DNA of 64,000 bases, from assembly GCA_040954595.2 (NCBI GenBank), contig CM082585.2, positions 2,510,902 through 2,574,901 on the forward strand, written 5' to 3'. Both the position numbers and the translations under genes were made by a program. The notes under the pieces are model-generated. The model had not been told where the DNA came from, made no database searches, and worked only from the letters and a program-made list of their open reading frames with translations. This DNA comes from Balanoglossus misakiensis (lineage: Eukaryota > Animalia > Hemichordata). Within the stretch, counting starts at the first letter, position 1. Every line of letters begins with the position of its first letter. Below are positions 60,500-64,000 of the stretch, in pieces.

Positions 60500-63400
60500 T
60501 AAGGTGCGACCAACATTGGCTAGGTCTAAGCAGTTCCTATGGATACCAGAGAGTGCCAATGCTATATCTGCTATGTTTATAGGAAAGTTGATCAAAGGTC
60601 ACCAAGAGCTCACCCAAAATTGTCAACAAATTTTTCTTCCAAAATGATCAGTGTAAAATGAAAAACAAGACTTCTGGCTCTATTGGTTAACCTGGTTATT
60701 AGGTGTTCCAGCCTTCAAAATTGTAAGACGTTATCTGCTGTGCATGCCAAGGCATGGAAAAATAGGTCCATCAAAAATGTCCAAAACCAAAGCCATCAAA
60801 AATGTCAGAAAAAAATTTGATTGCATAGTGGTCTATGTTCAAGGAAACCCAGACTCAAAGCTTCATTGTCTAGTCTACAATTACGTAAGCACATATTTAT
60901 AAGATTATCATTGGTCAAGAAATTCAGCAAAAAAATTAAGTCCAAAAGTAGAGCATGTTCATAAAAAATTCAACCTGTAACAATATGGGTAAGCTCAGCA
61001 TTAGATATGCACATATTTAATAAGGTCAACATTGGTCCAGTGGATTCCAAATGTAACAAAAATACCTAAGTCCCATACTTGTCCATATACATCAAAAACC
61101 AAACCTCTAGTGCTACTAGTCTTGCCGCAATAAGATATTCAGAAAAGAATACAGGTGCCAAATGTAGAACGAAGTTCAATGCCAAAATATGTCCTGGCAG
61201 CAGTAATGTGACAAAAATCATCACTGTTGTGCTTTTCAACAAGAGGCACATCCACGAATAATTAAGTTCTGAAAAAAACTAGATCAAAATACATGCGAAA
61301 GTTGCCAAAAAAAATGCAATGTATTCTGGTCATATGAAGACTCGTATCTATAAAAAGAATTGGTGTGCAATCAATGAGTAGCCCAGAAAAAGGAAATTTT
61401 AGTTTTTAATCAGAATTCATAAAATCCAATTTGGCTTCAATAAGCTTTAATTAAGTTCTGAAAGATCTGGATCAAAGAACAAATGAAAGTTGCCAAAAAT
61501 TTGTATTATTAGGTGTTGAAAAAGGTTGGATCAAAGGACATGTGAAAGTTGCCAAAAAATTGTAACATATTCTAGTCGTATGGTGACTCGTATCCATTAA
61601 AGGAATTTGTATGCAATCAATGCATAGGCTAAAAATAGGAAAATTTAGTTCTTAATCGGAGTTTAGACAATCTAATTTGGCTCCAATGAGATTTAACCAA
61701 TCAAAATTCACTTGAAAACTTGATTAGATAAAAAAATGACAATTATAATGAGATTTTCAAAAATCCAATAAGGCATCAAAAGTCACATGACCACTAATGA
61801 TATTATTGTCAAACTTTGAACCGGACAGTCAATTAGTAATTGATTTGCCCTGCAGTTTTGAAAAAATATGTCAACTTGTAGAAATTATCAGAAAATCCAA
61901 TATGGCCGTCATGAAGAAGACAATTAAACTTACAAGCAGGATTGCAGGGGCTAAACTGGTTAGCATGGTTTCAAAAGAAAGCAAAGGTTGTATCTGTTGT
62001 GGATGCCAAGAAATGGTAAAGTACTTCATTAGGTGTTCCAGTCCTCTAAATTTGAAACATGCATCTGCTGTGCATGCCAGGTTATGGGAACGTAGATCAA
62101 AGGTCATTGCCAAAATTATCAAAAAATAAGGTTATGTTCCGGCAGCAGCAGTACTCATGTAAACAAAATCATGACTGTTGTGCTTTTTAACAAGAATCGT
62201 ATCCACATACAATTAAGTTCAGAAAACACTGGATCAAAGGACATGTGTAGTTGTCAAAATTTTGTATAATCAAGTTCTGAGAAAACTGGATCAAAAACAT
62301 GTATTCTGGTCATATGGCGACTCGTATCCATACAAAAGTTTTATCCAATAAGGTTGAACCAATCACAATTCACTTGAAAACTTAAGTAGAAAAAGATTTT
62401 TGACATTTTTAATGAGATTTTTCAAAAATCCATAATAAATCCAAAGTCACATGACCACTAACATTATTATTGAAAAAATTGGAACCGCACAGTAAATTAG
62501 AACTTTATTGGCCTTGTAATTTTTGAAAAGAGTCAACTTTTAAAGGTTATCAGAAAATCCAATATGGCTGCCATGACGAAGACAAAGCTAAAAGCAGCAT
62601 TGGAGGGACGAATGTGGTTAGCATGGTTCCAACAGAAAGCAAAGGCTGTATCTGTAGCAGATGCCGAGAAATGGTAAAGTAAGCCAGATGTCATGCAAAA
62701 TTGTGCCAACAAATTTTGATATCAAACTGATCAGTGTCCAACAAAATCCAGACTTCTAAGCTATATTGGTTAACTTGAAATTGCTTATGTACATAATTAT
62801 TGTGTTAACGTTTAATACTTCATTAGGTATTCCAGTCCTAAAAATTTGAAGGCTGTATCTGCTGTACATTCCAAGGCATGGGATAGTAGATCAAAGGTCA
62901 TTGCCAAAGTTATCAAAAGATTTGGGTTATGTCCTGGCAGCAGTAGTACTCATGTGAACAAAATCATGACTGTTGTGCTTTTTAACAAGAGGCATATCCA
63001 CATAAAATTAAGTAGTGAACAAAAATGGATTAGAGAATGTGTGAAAGTTGCCAAAAAATGTAACATATTCTAGTCATATGGTGACTCGTATCCATAAAAA
63101 ATAGTTGTGTGCTATCAATTAGTAGGCAAGAAATAGGAAAATGTATTTGTTAATCGGATTTTAGAAAATTCAATTTGGCTCCAATAAGGTTAAACCAATC
63201 ACAATTCACTTGAGAACATGATTAGGAAAAATAAATGAGATTTTTTAATGAGATTTTCAAAAATCCAATAAGGCATCCAAAGTCACATGACCACTAATGA
63301 TATTATTGTCAAACTTTGTGAACAGTAAATTAGAACTTGATTCGCCCTGCAGTTTTGAAGAAAGTCAACTTTTATAGATTATCAGAATATCCTATATGGC

Positions 63401-64000
63401 AACCATGAAGGAGACAATTAAAGCAACATGCAGCATTGCAGGGGCCAAAGTGGTTAGCATGGTTCCAACACAAAGCAAAGGCTGTATCTGTTATGGATGC
63501 TGAGAAATGGTTAAGTAAGTCAGAGGTCATGCAAAATTGTGCTAACAAAATTTGATATCACACTGATCCAACAAAAAGCCAGACTTCTAACTCTATTGGT
63601 TAATTTGAAAAAGCTTATGTACATAAATATTGTGTTAAAGTTTAAACTTCATTAGGTGTTTAAGTCCTCCAAATTTGAAGAATGTATCTGCTGTGCATGC
63701 CAAGTTATGGGGAAGTACATCAAAGGTAATTGCCAAAATTATCAAAATATATGTGTTATGTCCTGGCAGCAGTAGTACTAATGTGAACAAAATCATGACT
63801 GTTGTGCTTTTAACAAGAGGCATATCCACATAAAATTTAGTTCTGGAATTACAGTATCAAAGGAGATGCGAGAGTCACCAGCAAATTGAAATATATTCTT
63901 GTTAATGGTGACTCATATCCATAAAAATTATTTGTGTGGTTTCAATGAGTAGGCTAGAAATAGGAAATTTTAGTTTTTAATCGGAGATCAGAAAATCCAA
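60500..64000 (-). repeat. Degenerate head-to-tail copies of a HINE-derived unit (~665-835 bp), running off the window
   Basis: Decayed termini near 61921, 62583 and 63415. AAGTCACATGACCACTAA recurs near 61780, 62444 and 63280. Confidence 0.75.

Overview
Metazoan genomic DNA, probably from a marine invertebrate (inferred from the repeat types). It is repeat-saturated and heterochromatin-like, with no recognisable host gene. From left to right it holds: a piggyBac element whose transposase is intact after removing two phase-0 introns; a Helentron-type non-autonomous element (HINE); a gag-only PAT/Ngaro-type element with split direct repeats; a full-length decayed L1/Tx1-clade LINE inserted across the 5' junction of a Gypsy LTR element, which itself carries a long-TIR MITE and a 795-bp tandem duplication; an old ~170-bp degenerate repeat; a Ngaro-like tyrosine-recombinase retrotransposon; a Kolobok-like MITE; a ~24-kb satellite of 192/194/175-bp monomers with higher-order repeats, interrupted by a TA-flanked DNA element; a ~55-bp minisatellite; and a second HINE followed by head-to-tail degenerate copies. 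Two observations stand out. First, the whole 32-kb block 24446-56508 appears to be one minus-strand tRNA-headed SINE with an L2-type tail, inserted in register into an old repeat monomer, whose body has expanded into the satellite. Second, two split-direct-repeat elements with no visible sequence similarity both carry a four-tract G-quadruplex motif directly abutting their internal A2 repeat. All alignments were done by eye and family assignments come from remembered motifs, not searches.
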